Source of the DNA: Octopus vulgaris
Lineage: Eukaryota
Direction: 5' to 3'
Assembly: GCA_951406725.2 (NCBI GenBank)
Contig: OX597816.1
Span: 159,340,001 to 159,404,000 of the forward strand
DNA length: 64,000 nt
The translations under genes and the position numbers were made by a program. Positions 27,150 through 40,370 of this stretch are shown one piece after another; positions within the stretch are counted from its first letter, which is position 1; the number at the start of each line of letters is the position of its first letter. Below the pieces are notes generated by a model. That model had not been told where the DNA came from. It worked only from the letters and a program-made list of their open reading frames with translations, and did no database searches.

Positions 27150-27860
27150 TCTAACTAGGTAGGGATAAGAGAGAGAAACAGGTGCCTTGCGGTAGAGGAA
27201 GTACAAGGTTACTCGGAGAGAGACAGAGAGAGTGGGAAGAGACAGAGAGGAGAAAAAGAGGAGAGAGGGGAAAGAGTGGAGAGAGGAGAAAGAGTGGGAG
27301 AGAGGAGAGTGGATAGAGAGGGAGAGGAAGGAGAGGAGAGGAAGGAGAGAGGAGAGAGATCAGGAATGAAAACAGAAACAGGTGTGCTACCATAAAGGAA
27401 ATACATGGTTACTCAACCTGAGGGAAGTGCAGGAGAAGGAGTGAGTGGGAGACAGCAGGATAGAGATGGTAGCAAAATGCCAAACATACAATGGACGCAG
27501 ATCAGAATATAAATGGGATGGTTGAGTAAAGGAAGAGCAAGATATAGATGGTGGCAAGTGCCAAGGCATACCCTTGAGGTTCGAATGCCACATAATATAA
27601 GTGACATGATATTGCAAGGAAGTGTAATTAAAGAGTGCTGAAGTGGGGAGTGAGTGGTGAAAACTTGGGTATAAATATTTGGGCGGAGGAGGGGGGGGGG
27701 CACCAGATAGCAATGGTATAGAGGAACAGGGCCATGAGGACAGGATTGGGGAGAGAGCTAGGCATAGTGTATGAAGGAGGAAATGTAAGGAAGAGATGTG
27801 GAGATGTAGATTGGTTTGTTGGGGTGAAAACACAAGTCGGGGAGGTGGGGACTAGCAGAT
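27150..27860. repeat. GA-rich low-complexity or decayed interspersed repeat
   Basis: Strong purine strand bias. Similar CT-rich tracts at ~2350-2900, ~18030-18340 and ~21500-21720. Confidence 0.55.
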
Positions 27861-27920
27861 AGCAATAATAATAAGCAAGTATAATTATAATTGAATAACT
27901 AAATCAGTGTAACTTAAGAC

Positions 27921-28120
27921 AAATAAGGAATTATTTGCCAAATAAGGAATAATTTGCCGAATAAGGAATAATTTGCCAAATAAGGAATAATTTGCCAAAT
28001 AAGGAATAATTTGCCAAATAAGGAATAATTTGCCAAATAAAGAATAATTTGTCAAATAAGGAGTTATTTGTCAAATAAGGAATTTTTTACCGAATAAGGA
28101 ATTATTTGCCAAATAAGGAA
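27921..28120. repeat. Minisatellite, 19-bp unit AAATAAGGAATAATTTGCC, about 10 copies
   Basis: Direct head-to-tail repeats with few substitutions and no spacers. Confidence 0.95.
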
Positions 28121-30759
28121 TCATCTATGTTAAACACATGGAAATAAAATCAATAACTGAACAATGGGGATAAAAAAATCAATAACTAAACAATAAAAGA
28201 TTAATGTTTAATGTTTTGCAAGTATCCAATCTCCAGCCAAGGCTTCACATTATTTCCATAAATGGCTATATTACTGTCCTCACTTGATATCGATTATATT
28301 TGGCCTGAGCCACCTACAGCTCTTGTAGCAATATCCTTCTTTGGTCTACTTCTGCACAGAAGGAAAATATAGTTTGTGGAATCTATTTAGTATATGACCC
28401 ATGCATAAAAGAGAAAAAATAATCATTGCCCCCCCCCTGGAAAATTCCAAAATAATTCCCCTTATCAAATACCAATAGGTACAGGTATGGCTGTATGGCA
28501 AGAGGTTTGCTTTCCAACCATGTAGCTTCATGCTCAGTACTACTGTGTGGCACCTTGGGCAAGTGTTTTCTACTATAACCCCAGGCTGACCAAAGTCTTG
28601 TCAGTAGATTTGGCAGTCAAAACAGGAAAGAAACCCATCATATATATGTATGAGTGTATCCTTCCAATACTCTACAAAAGCATGTCTGGCCATGGGAAAA
28701 TATAACTTTGCTTAGAAATAAGCAAGTGTTTGCAGTAGGAAGAGCATCTAGCCATAGGAAATCTGCCTCAATAGATTCCATCCAGCCCATGCAAATGGCT
28801 GTTAAAAAACACTGATCTTTGACTTGATCTTCAAAGGTAAAGTGAAATAGCTTCAAAATATCATTTGACCTTACATCTGACTAGCTATCATGACCTTAAA
28901 TTTTGGCAAAAACAGAATAAATGTTGCAACTGTCAAATCTTCCCACTGGGTATCAGTACTGTAATGGAACCAAACCCAGTTGCAAATTTTGACATGATCA
29001 GGACTTGGTCGCCTACTTTTAAGCCGATTGGCTTCATTATAGGATTACTAATTACCCTCAGTTTTAGAAGTACAACCTTCTCAATCACCTACTACATCCA
29101 CTCTTGTGTTAGTTACTACTAAGTTCATAAATTATTATTTATGTAGGATAGAGCAAACTGCATGACTATAGAGTTATCTATCATGTAATACTTTTGACTT
29201 TTTATCAAGAGGATAACTGAAACAGCAACAACAAATTGAAGCTGACATAAACTTGATCCAGCAGCAGTTTATCCTTGCTTGTCTTAATCGCTTACTACTC
29301 ATCAGCTGAATACAGCTAACTGTATGCACATGTATGTCTGTGTGCGTGCTGAAGTAGGATTGGTGAAGTCATTCATTATGGTGATCGTTTTAATCAGTAC
29401 ACAAACAAGTCTTGTGAAACTCTAGCTTCAACTGGTTTCTTGTGAGAAATATTTTATTGTTTGACCTAGCCACTCTGTTTCTGAGAAAGAAACTTGACTA
29501 ACTCTCATCTGAGTCAACGAGAGACTCTCTACACGTGTGTGGAACATTTTAGAAAAAGCAGGCAAATCAGCCTAAAGTCATACCCTATCTTGACAAAAAA
29601 AAAAAAAAGAAATAAATTGAAACAAGCACATTGGATAATGTAGTCCTTAATAGATTATGTCTGAAAAAAATATCAGAATGGTAACAACTTTGATCAAAGG
29701 TTAAGGTAACAGCTTTGATTATAGGCCTCCTGGAACAACCTGTTCTCACTGGTTTGGTCCAGTTTGCTATTAATGAGCAATAAAGAACACAGTGTTCTAT
29801 AAATGAGAGCACTAGATAATTGATGAGTGTTTGGTTTCTTAAATTCAAAAACTTTGCAATTTGCAACAGATACCTGTTATTGTCCCTGGAAAGACAAAAG
29901 GCAATCCTGGCTAGATTTGAACTCAAAATTAAATGAAGCCCTATTCATTGAAAAAAATATAATAAAGCTATCAATTTTTTTTTTTAAATAAGTACAGTTT
30001 TGACTGGATTGGCAGAATTGTTCAAGCAGTTTAGTCCTAGTTTTTTTTTTTATTTGCATTCTGAGTTTAAATTCCACTGAGATCAAATATGGCCTTTCAT
30101 CCTCTTATGCAAGTAACCAATTAGCTCCTCTGCAAGAAACTTGGTCTACTCTGATCCTTTCTCTCATACCTCTTCATCTAGCATAGTCAAAGGTGATCTT
30201 AGTCCTGCAAGCTGTATGGTGACCTCAAAACTGCAGGTGTCACAAAAAAAGCATCCAGTAAACACTATGGTATGGTTAGGAAGGGTATCCAGCCACAAAA
30301 TCCATGCCATAGCAGACACTGGGGCATGATGCAGTCCTCAGACTCATCGAAATCCTGTCAAACCATCAACCAAAACCAGCAAGGAACATGATCCTTAATT
30401 ATGAGAGTTGGACTGGCAGGATCATTAAGAAGAACTGAAAAGTATTTGAACTCTAAGTTCTGAGTTCAAATCCCATCGAGATCAACTCTGTCTTTCATCC
30501 CTGCAAGGTCAATAAAATTAAGTACCAGTCAAATACTGGCGCTGGTGGTCTCAACTAATCTCTCCCCTGACAAAATTCTTTGAGCTATTTATTCCACTTC
30601 TTTATGCTCAAGTTAAAATCTCTCGCTGAAGTCTCAAGTACTTATTTTATCTTTTCAAGGTTCAGTCAAGTACGAGGGTGTGGGGTGACATCGATTAACC
30701 CTTCCCCTCAAAATTTCAGATTTGGCGTTTATATTATAAACAATCATCATCATCAAGTA

Positions 30760-31500
30760 TTTAGCTTGGTTATGCAAAATCGGTGTGTGTGTTATATATA
30801 TACGTGCGCGCTTAGACACCCTATATATAGAATCACAAATGCCATCAACCGGTTATTATTATTATTATTATTTTTAAAAAAAGCATTGGAAAGTGATCAC
30901 AATATGCGGCTTCCACTGCATATAAATGCACAGCGGGTGCCACGAATTAGAACCACAAGTAATGTTATCGACCGGTTATTATCAAAAACAGCGCCAACAA
31001 ACTTTTCATTTGTTTAATGCCGTCAGGTTTAAAAAAAAAATTTAAACTGATAACAATAAGCGACTTCGACTGTAATATAAAAATGAATGACGTAATGTAA
31101 AAAAGTTCGTCTCCTCGTCACATTTCCAAACGAGTGACTCGCTGATTTGGCGGAAAAAAGAGAATCAAAAAAATTCGGCGCAAGTGGAATAATCAAGCGC
31201 AAGATTTTTTTTTTCTTAATAAAAATAAAATTAAATATATATAATTTGAAAAAAAGAAAGTAAAATCATCGTTCAGCGGTTATTCCTGGTCATTTCTATT
31301 AGTAAGCAGTATTAAACGACACGAGTAGAAAGTAATTCTGGAAAAGTACAGCGAACATGTGAAAGAGACCACCATGACAATGGTCACCCGTCGAAACATG
31401 TGAATTGACAAACATTGCCGTTTCTAGTTGGTCATGAGAGAAGGGGGAGCTAAAGCAAGCAGCTTACTAAAAATAGCAGCAGTCACACGATGATGCAACG
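30760..31500 (-). promoter_or_regulatory. Candidate per promoter / 5' regulatory region
   Basis: Apparently non-repetitive, CpG-retaining segment at the edge of the CpG-depleted gene body. Contains D-box TTATGCAA (30770-30777), CRE/PAR-bZIP-like TGACGTAA (31088-31095) and repeated AACATGTG non-canonical E-boxes. Confidence 0.4.
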
Positions 31501-32211
31501 AATATTGCATTTAGAAGGTGCTTTTTTAAAGTCATTTTGCAATAAATTCTTCTATTTATATTCAATAGTTCTGCAAGTGACACAACAGTAAGAAATAGTG
31601 CAAATATCTGATGCAGTTTACACTCAAACACTTTTTATTAAATTAATAATGTAAATATTTAGGTTGATTATTACTATCTCTAAAAAGTATGATATCGTTG
31701 AATGACACAGCAAGCCAACGTGACTTCGTTCTTTAAATAAATAGCGTGATTTTCTTAAATATTTTGTTTTATCTAGACGCCTATCCCAATTACCTGGGAT
31801 ACCTATCCCAATTAACTGCTATACTTTTAATTAAAAATTCATGATTTACAATTAAAAAAATGTACTTAGTATCAATTATTTTATTTATTTATTGGTTATT
31901 AGAATAAATATATAAAATAAAGATATTGACGTTAAGTGCAGTGTTTTTCAAATTGGATTTTACAGATCCCCAAAGTTTCGCAAGATAAAGGGTCTTTTGA
32001 CAAAATTTAATAGAATTTCATTTTATAACTGCAATTTATAATACCATTTTCAAAACGACAAAAATATATGATTTTTAAATAAATAAATTCCCTCTTAAAA
32101 ACAATATTTCTTTAATTTTATGTTTTAATAAAAGTAGAATGGCAGGGGACTCCAAGACTTTTTCTGAAAGGGATCAGTAACAATGACATCTGTATTAATG
32201 CACTTTTCAGA

Positions 32212-32242
<31 letters not shown>

Positions 32243-32282
32243 TGCAGATGTTTGGCAACACAAAAATATCCAAGTGACTAAC

Positions 32283-32283
32283 A

Positions 32284-32315
<32 letters not shown>

Positions 32316-32470
32316 GATGATAATAATAATAATAATGATAATGATAATAATGATAATGATAATAATGATGATGATAATAATAATAATGATAATAATAAAT
32401 AATAATGATAATAATGATGATAATAATAATGATAATAATAATAATGATGATGATGATACTAATAATAATT
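32283..32470. repeat. (AAT/GAT)n microsatellite
   Basis: Directly visible. Confidence 0.95.
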
Positions 32471-32474
32471 ATAG

Positions 32475-32729
32475 AGCATTATTTCGATATAACTCGACAA
32501 AATCAAAACATTTTACTTCGGGTATTTCCGTGGAAGCAAATGACAGTTCAATTCTGTTTTCTGCTTGGAAATTTGCGAAAGAGGTAAGAACAAAATATGC
32601 AAGGCTTTTTTTCTTCAGGTTTAAAATGAGACATTGCCGGTATAATTTCGTTATATCTATACTCCACAAACCACGGAAATACCCGAAGTGAAATGTCTTG
32701 ATTTTGTCGAGTTATATCGAAACAATGCC
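32475..32729. mobile_element. MITE with ~58-bp TIRs
   Basis: GCATTATTTCGATATAACTCGACAAAATCAA...CCGTGG has its inverse at 32671-32728. Possible 8-bp TSD aattatag / aatgatag. Confidence 0.8.
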
Positions 32730-33329
32730 AATGATAGTAATAATAATAATGATGATGATGATGATGATAATGCGTTCTACTAAAGGCACAAGGCCTGAAA
32801 TTTTGGGAGAGGGGACTAGTCGATTACATCGACCCTAGAGTTCGACCGTTATTTATTTTACCAAACCCGAGAGGATGAAAGGCAATTTTTTTTCCTAATT
32901 TTAACACAAAAGTCAGCAATTTTGAGGAGTGGGCTCAAGTCGATTACATCAACCCAGAAAGGAAGAAAGGTAAAGTTGACCTCGGCGGGAATTGAACTCC
33001 GAATATTTTTACTCTAGGAAGCTTACAGCAAGCTCAGGAAATGTGATGCAAACAAATTCAAATATTCAGCATTCGGTGACGTATGCCCCCAGTAAATTGA
33101 TTTCCCCTTCCCCACTCTTATTTATTTTATAGACAGATGATATTTTCTAATGATAATCCTTTCTACTACTAAGTGCTTAACTTATTTTATCGACCCCGAG
33201 AGGATGAAAGACAAAGTTGTCCTCGAAGGAATTTGAACTCAGGACGTTGACAAACGAAATGCCAACCAAGCGCTTTGTCCGGCGTGCTAACGATTTTGCT
33301 AGCTCGCTGCCTTAATAACTATATTTATT

Positions 33330-33552
33330 GTAAGGCGGCAAGCTGGCAGAAACGTTAGCACGCCGAGGGAAATGCTTTAGCGGTATTTCGTCTATCTTAA
33401 CGTTCTGAGTTCAAATTCCGTCGAGGTCGACTTTGCCTTTCATCCTTTCGGGGTCGATAAATTAAGTACCAGTTGCGTACCGAGATCGATCTAATCGACT
33501 GGCCCCCCCCCTCACCAAAAATTTCGGGCCTTGTGCCCAGAGTAGAAAAGAA
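33330..33552 (+). mobile_element. SINE family B with Meta/MESC-like core
   Basis: GGCGGCAAGCTGGCAGAA head and core GAGGTCGACTTTGCCTTTCATCCTTTCGGGGTCGATAAATTAAGTACCAG. Further copies near 37.4k, 37.9k, 39.9k, 40.2k, 40.7k, 41.0k, 52.5k and 56.7k. The family name is recalled, not searched. Confidence 0.8.
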
Positions 33553-36500
33553 TAATAACAATATTTCCTACTATAGGGACAAGGCCAGAAAATTGGGTTG
33601 GGGAAGGTGACTAGACAATTACATCGACTCCAATGTACGACTAGTTTTTATTTTATCAACCCCGAAAAGATGAAAGGTAAGTTTCTAAACTAGGGCACAA
33701 GGCTTGAACTGTTGGAGGAAGGGGGCAGACGATTAAATCTGAACTTTTATATATGTAACAAATAAACTTTTGCAATGTTTAATATTTTCACACTACTCTT
33801 TTATCAACGAGTCGCCTAAATCTAGACCACTAAACTCTCTAATCATTAACATCTAGTGTGAACAGTGCCGATTATATATCTGCCCTGACAATAGGTGGTG
33901 AAACCACGCAACTAGGTAGACGAAGTAAGAAATGATTTGTTAAGTACACGTGATCTGAAGGAAGCAGGTGACGATGGTGGAAATGGTGGAGGAGGTGGGT
34001 GCGCCTGGTAAACATCGAGTTAAATAGTAGTAATGCAAGATATTATGTAAAAATGCCGTTGTTGTTTAGCCCAGGGTGAACCTGGATTCACCAAACATGA
34101 TTAGATGCATTTTAATCGTAACTATCATATTTTTTGTTAAAAAAATAGTGCATATCAAATGTCACTATTCTTTATTTTTTTTTTAAATACAGGGTGTGTG
34201 GGTTGAGAGATTTGGCTGCTATTTCTTGCAGATCGAGCCAATGGTTCTCGAACTAATCTCTGATTCTTATTTTACTAGGATGGATCCCCATAACCGTTCG
34301 ATGTTTAAAAATTTCTACTATATTTTTATAATCAAAATAAAAACTGTATTTAAAAAATTAAATCATTTTGTGTAGTGTCGAATTATAACCAATTTATTGC
34401 ACAAACCCTGACAATAAAATCTAATATGGCCCCACAAGGAAACCTCAGTCGAGAACCATAAGCTTAGAAGTTCTTTCCCTTGCTGGGTTGCAATTCAGTG
34501 AAAGAGATTAATAAATAGGTTCACTCTGGTATTAAATTTACAGGGATTAGAGAAAAGTTACCTAATAGGTAGATTAATCATGGTTGCAAAGGGCCAATGT
34601 TTTCAACTGTCAAGTCTAAACACAGCATAAATAAGGTTAATGCTTTACATCACTTATATGTGCCCAATATAGTGGATACTTCATATTTTATCAACAAATG
34701 GGGGGAAAAAAACGTACAAAAAAGTTTAAATATTTAGGTTAAGGGCTCAAAGAACTGAAGCATAAATCGGACGACATAATTTCCGAGTCATTTTTCAATG
34801 AACAGGAAAATGCAAATCAAGATATTTTCAAAAGTATAGATTATAATAAAAATTTGGGATTAGTGTCAGTGAAATAAATTTTTTAAAATTTATTTAGAGT
34901 ATAAAGGATATGGATGAGGGAAAGTAACTAAGTAGCGCTAACTTAGGGATGTAACAGGTGAGTTTGTTCGATAGCAAATCAATGATCTTAAGTCAAACTG
35001 ACCCACACTACTACCAATGTCATCTTACAGGCATGGGCACATTTTGGCGGTTGCTTGGTGACCCCACGAGTTTAGGACACCTATGCTTATTGTGTGCACG
35101 CTACAGTTGTGTATGCAAGGGTCCAGTGCAATGGTTTGTGCAGTGGGGAAAGGGCTATAATGTTAAGGTGCACCTGCCTGCAACCCACACAAACAAAAAA
35201 TTTGTTTTAAGTTTTAAGGTTTGTATTAAAATTAAGGGGCAGTGGTGCACAGCTAAATATTGCAGATCCCGATATACAGGTAGGACTTGGGTCACCATGT
35301 AGATCGGTAAAAAATGGGATGCCCATGGAATGTCTTTGAGCACTAAGTGCTAACAAATCAGTTTTTAAAAAGCATAAAAAGGAAGAAAAGGTTTTATAGA
35401 TTAAGTATATATAAAATTGCATCATACATAAAATCTGAAATTAGAAACAAGAATTGTGATGTTCATGCCTTTTCCAAAGATTAGAAACCGAAGTTAATTA
35501 GAACGGTGCCAACAGGTAAACGAAATGCAAAATCAGTTTGTTGCAAACTGATTAACCTTAATGGATTATGGTGCTCACATGAAACTATTTCATATATAAA
35601 CACTTGTTTTAGATTAGGATGACTGGGAAGAAATGAGGTTCATACATTTCCTGAATATTTGCAACATAAATTGCCATGACTCAGATCTTTAAAAACTTAG
35701 CGACCAAGTGCAAATTGTGTTACCCTGAATTTTGTTGAGATATGAAATGATAAAAGTGGCATGTGTCAACAGCACGTAGGCCAAAAAACAATTACAACTG
35801 CAAAACATGTCAAAAATAGTGGCATCAGGAGACATGGTGGGGAAAGGTGGGTTTGGCCCATAATAATGAACGATGTCGAAATGTTTACTTTGATTTTGTA
35901 GACAAATTGAGTGTGTTTGAAATAAACACTCAGAATAGTTTATATTAAAAATACATCAGTAAGGCTTGTATAACATTGTAAAAGGCAATCTGAACACAAA
36001 ATGTAACAATATACGAAGAAATATAAATAAAGTTATATACTTACGGCTTTAGAAACAGTATGTTATAGATCCGTTAGGTGGTTGCGTTTATGGATACATA
36101 TTGATATAATTGTAGTTAAAAAATGATAATAAAGAGGTAATAGTGAAATGGTAATTATAATCCGAGAGAATGAGTGTAAAATATCCAGATATTAGCATTT
36201 AGTAATATATAAATATTTCCTCAAACTCGAACTGGTTTGAAAGATCGAGGCTTGTTTGAAAAGATGGCGTATCCTCCAAGCTGGAAGATCTTTAAGCAAG
36301 CCCACAATTTTCGTATTAAGTTTTTCGGATAGAAGGAAGAAAATTATAGTGTAAAAAAAAGCTAAACTTTATGTAAAAGGAAAATACAATTTAAATGAAG
36401 AATATATTTGATCGTCCGTGATGGATATGACAAAAATGGTAGAGTGTAATTAATAAGCGGTTGTCTTCGGGACGCACTTCCACCATTAATGTTTTCTCTT

Positions 36501-37739
36501 TGCATGGTATTAGAACGATCGGGGGTAGCAGTAGCAACAATGTGTGGGAGTAGCAAACTGTAGAATTGCAATCAGGTAGTTATATCTACTCTTCCTTTTC
36601 CTCGCTCTATACTAGTCAGCCCGTGCGGCTACACGTGAGGCACTGTTATAGAAAAATAACGTAGCTGCGCATGTGTATTCCAAACACACTCAGTGGACGG
36701 CCTCCAACTAAAAATAGAAAGTTGAATCGAGTAATGTATGGAAGTAAATACGGGCTATAATTCACATATATTCATGTGTTCTTTTTATTGGTTTACTATT
36801 GCGCATGCATTTGTGTTATTTTAAAATAAACATTATTTGTAATTTACAACTGATGTTGCAAATTTAAAACTTGCAGAATATATTGAATGCATATGCATAT
36901 AATATTTTTTTTCTCTCTTTAACTTTCATCATTATAACTGTAATTAGTTAAAAATTTAGTTTTTACTACTACTCTCTCAAGCTAATCACCTTTACCATGA
37001 CTTTCGAAGGCTCTCCCACGCTTAGCAGTACACAATTATTTTTAATTGTTTCTCTGAAGCCAATGCTTTGTGCTTTGGCTTTTAAATATGCAATGTTGAA
37101 AATTTTTATTTTTGTTGTTTGCCCGTGAGGGTGGTATTCAAGTTTACTTAATGGCCAAGGAAACTCAACATCAGTTATGTACAACCAATAGAAACAGGAC
37201 TCAGAGCCTAATTATTATCAATGTTTGCTACGACTTGTTACCAATAAATAAGAGTAGGGGTCCCAACGCATTGTATTGCATAGAAGCTTATAATGCTGTT
37301 ACGACAGTCTTAATCACTGGTTCAATTCATGGACTAGCAATGCGATGGTTACTTGAGCAAGGCACTTCATTTTTGGCTCTTTATGTTCTGGGTTCGAATT
37401 TCACCGAGATCGACTTTCCTTTTATCTTTTCGAGATCGATAAAATAAGAATCAGTGGAGAACTGGGGTCGATGTAATCGAATTCCGCCCCAGTTGAAATT
37501 GTTGGCCTTGTACCAAATTTGAAAATGTTATTATAGCTATTGAGGGCGATTGAATAGTAGAATTGTTAAAGAGTCCGGGAAAATGCTTTACAACATCCTT
37601 TCTGACTCTTTACACTCTCGTTTCATATGCCCCTTTGCTTTTTACCTTTCCAGGGCCGCTAAGATGATGTAGCAGTTAAATCGACGAAGTACCTCCATCT
37701 CCGAATTGCTGGCATTGTGCCAAAATTAGAAAGTAAGAT

Positions 37740-39800
37740 CCTGTGAAAATACTGGTTCAGATCACACTCCCAGATGAATAGAAACTATGAAAGGGTTGCC
37801 AGTAGGGTGGCCAATCTCATTCAGAAATGGGCCAAGAGGCTGTTTTCAAAAGGCCGGGGTGGGGAAGTAGCTAATGCATTCATCGCCCCTGAAACCATTA
37901 AGGCAACGGGCTGACGAAATTGTTAATGCTTAGGGACATTTCTTCTGACTTTTTGCATTCTGAGTTCAAATACTGCCGAGGTCCACTTAGCCTTCCATCC
38001 TTTCGGGGTTGGTAAAATACAGAACCAGTCAAGTATTGGCGTCGATGTAATTGACCTCCTGCCCCCTTCCAAAATTGCTGGCCTTGTGCCAAAATTAAAA
38101 AGTAAAATCCAATGAAAATACTGGTTCAGATCACACCCCCAGGTGAATAGGAACTATGAAAAGGTTGCGAGTAGGGTGGCCACTCTCATTCAGAAATGGG
38201 CCAAAAAGCTGTTTTCTAAAAGCCGGGGTGGGGAAGTAGCTAATGCATTCATCGCCTCTGTGGTGTACCACCACCTGACAGTCGTAACTTGTTTTATAAA
38301 ACTTCTGGTTAGATTGGAGGGCTTGTTTTCACGCTTCTAATGGAAGGGTTAGGTTTTGCAGGTCAGAAAATTCGTCTTCTATCAACACCTACTTTGTGGT
38401 GATCTCGGGATCCTATCCTGAATGTGCTGGAACCAGGGTCGGATTAAGCTCTTAAAATATTTTGATGCTCTCATATATATGTAATTCGAAGTATAACAAT
38501 AATAAACCATAAAATACATTTTTATTTTTCAAAACGAATCAAAACAAACAGTAAGATGGAATATAATATTTATTTTTGCATACTTTCATTTCCATGTGAA
38601 AAGTTTTCTCCTACATTTTTCTAATTGCAAAGTCTTTGATCACTATGACACCATGAACACTTCGAAATTATATTTCCGATTATATAAATCAATGGAATAT
38701 TATTTCAGCAAGTTTAAAGTGATTTCTTTTGTACCGTAAACAATTTGCAATTTCTGTGGTGCCCTCGCCTTCCCTCGATGCTCTGTGCACGTATTTATTT
38801 TGCTTAATGGTTAATCCAGCGCTGGCCGGAATGCATTGACGTTGATGCACCTGCAATGAGAGCGAACTGGTGAGGGCGTCTTTCGTGCGACATGTCTTTC
38901 TGCTGCTTGTCTTTTTCACCGAGCTGCAGCTATGGGTCAAGTGTAAACCATGATGGGGCGTTTGGCAACAAAAGTGTTGTTAGGCGCTCACAGCATTGTA
39001 CCAGCTGAAGAAAGTTGTTAGCAAGAAAACAACTCAAGATTGCTATAGCGGGTTAGTTGAGTATATGAGTGATGATGTCCTGTGATTGAGTTTGGGCATC
39101 GACAAGAACAGTCTAGGTGGTTTCTTCTGAAGAACTTTCAGGTCGGAGACTATGGACAACTTACAAAATTATTTGGCATGGTAGCACTACAGAACACAAG
39201 TACCAACAACCGAACCAGTCTGTGATACATACGAGGGGATGAAACTGTTCTACTGGTAATCGTTCAGTTTCCGTTCATAAGTGACTTGTGTGAACTTGTG
39301 TCAAATAGCTACCGTCTCGCCGATCGATGGACAGGTCGAATCCGACCAGTGCATCGGTCGATGCATCAGTTTCCTTTGGCTTCCTTTGTTAGAAAACAGA
39401 GGCAGATCTTCCTCTGCTTAGTGACTGTGTCGAAAGAGGTTGTGCAGAAGCACTTTTCTCTTCAACCAAGCTCCCATCAATATCATCATGTATCACTTAA
39501 AGTGGATGATGAGGGTACAGAGGAAGGTGCTACCTTCTAGATTGGTTATAGAAACGTAGATGTGAGTGGCAAGACTGGTGAGGCTGAATGGACCTACTCG
39601 ACATATGCTTTTCTAAGTAGGAGGGAAGAAACTGAATGAGGGCACTTTCGATGCCTTGGAGACAGTAGAGTAATCTGGGCCTTTTGTGTGTGGGGTCTAC
39701 TCCGAATTACCTAGATGGACTTCTTCGCTATTAAGGATTCTATTTATTTATTTATTTATTTTTCTGAATTCTTTTTTATCTTTCGTTATATCCTTGTTGG
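37740..39800 (+). mobile_element. Decayed L1/Tx1-like LINE ORF2 remnant, interrupted by a SINE and a hAT MITE
   Basis: Translation NYEKVASRVATLIQKW...GEVANAFIASVVYHHLTV...LFSRF*WKG...GDLGI resembles the post-RT region of L1/Tx1 ORF2. Contains stops and frameshifts. Confidence 0.65.
38434..38824 (-). mobile_element. hAT-derived MITE
   Basis: TIRs CAGGGTCGGATTAA / TTAATCCAGCGCTG, 8-bp TSD gctggaac / gccggaat. The minus strand carries a hAT C-terminal-like IKDFAIRKCRRK. Confidence 0.7.
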
Positions 39801-39924
39801 TGTTGTTTCTCTTTGATCGATGAAAACCCCACCTTTTGTGTGTTGCATTTCGTCCTTTGATTTGTCTTCCATATCTTGGGCCCTGTGGCCAATAAAAAAA
39901 ATCATCATCATCATCATTATTATT

Positions 39925-40370
39925 AAGGAGGCGAGTAGGCAGAGACGTTAGCAATCCGGAAAAAAATGTTTAGCGGCCTCTCGTTCGTCTTTACGTTAAG
40001 TTGAAATTCCGCCGAGGTCAACTTTGCCCTTCATCCTTTTGGGGGTCGATAAAATAAGTACCAGTTAAATACTAGGGTGAGTCGATTACTACATCGACCT
40101 CCCCCCTTCTCCAGAAATTGCTAGATTAATGCCAGAATTCGAAAACATTATTATGTTTAAGGTAGCGAGCTGGCAGAATCGTTAGCACGCCGGGTAAAAT
40201 GATTCGCTGCATTTTGTTCGTCTTTACGTTCTGAGTTCAAATTCCGTCGAGGTTGACTTTGCCTTTCATCCTTTAGGAGTCGATGAAATAAGTACCAATT
40301 GAACACTTGAGACGATGTAATCGACTTATCATTTCTCCCGAAATTGCCGGTTTTCTGCCAAAACTTGAAA
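39925..40370 (+). mobile_element. Two tandem SINE family B copies
   Basis: Two consecutive head-core-tail units. Confidence 0.8.

Noticed and set aside
27151-27833. Leu/Ser/Pro-rich minus-strand ORFs
   Set aside because: Low-complexity CT-rich strand that lacks stop codons because of its composition.
27921-28120. CRISPR-like array
   Set aside because: Units are contiguous with no unique spacers, and the context is eukaryotic. It is a minisatellite.
32287-32691. 134-aa ORF with poly-I/N/D
   Set aside because: An AAT microsatellite running into a MITE.
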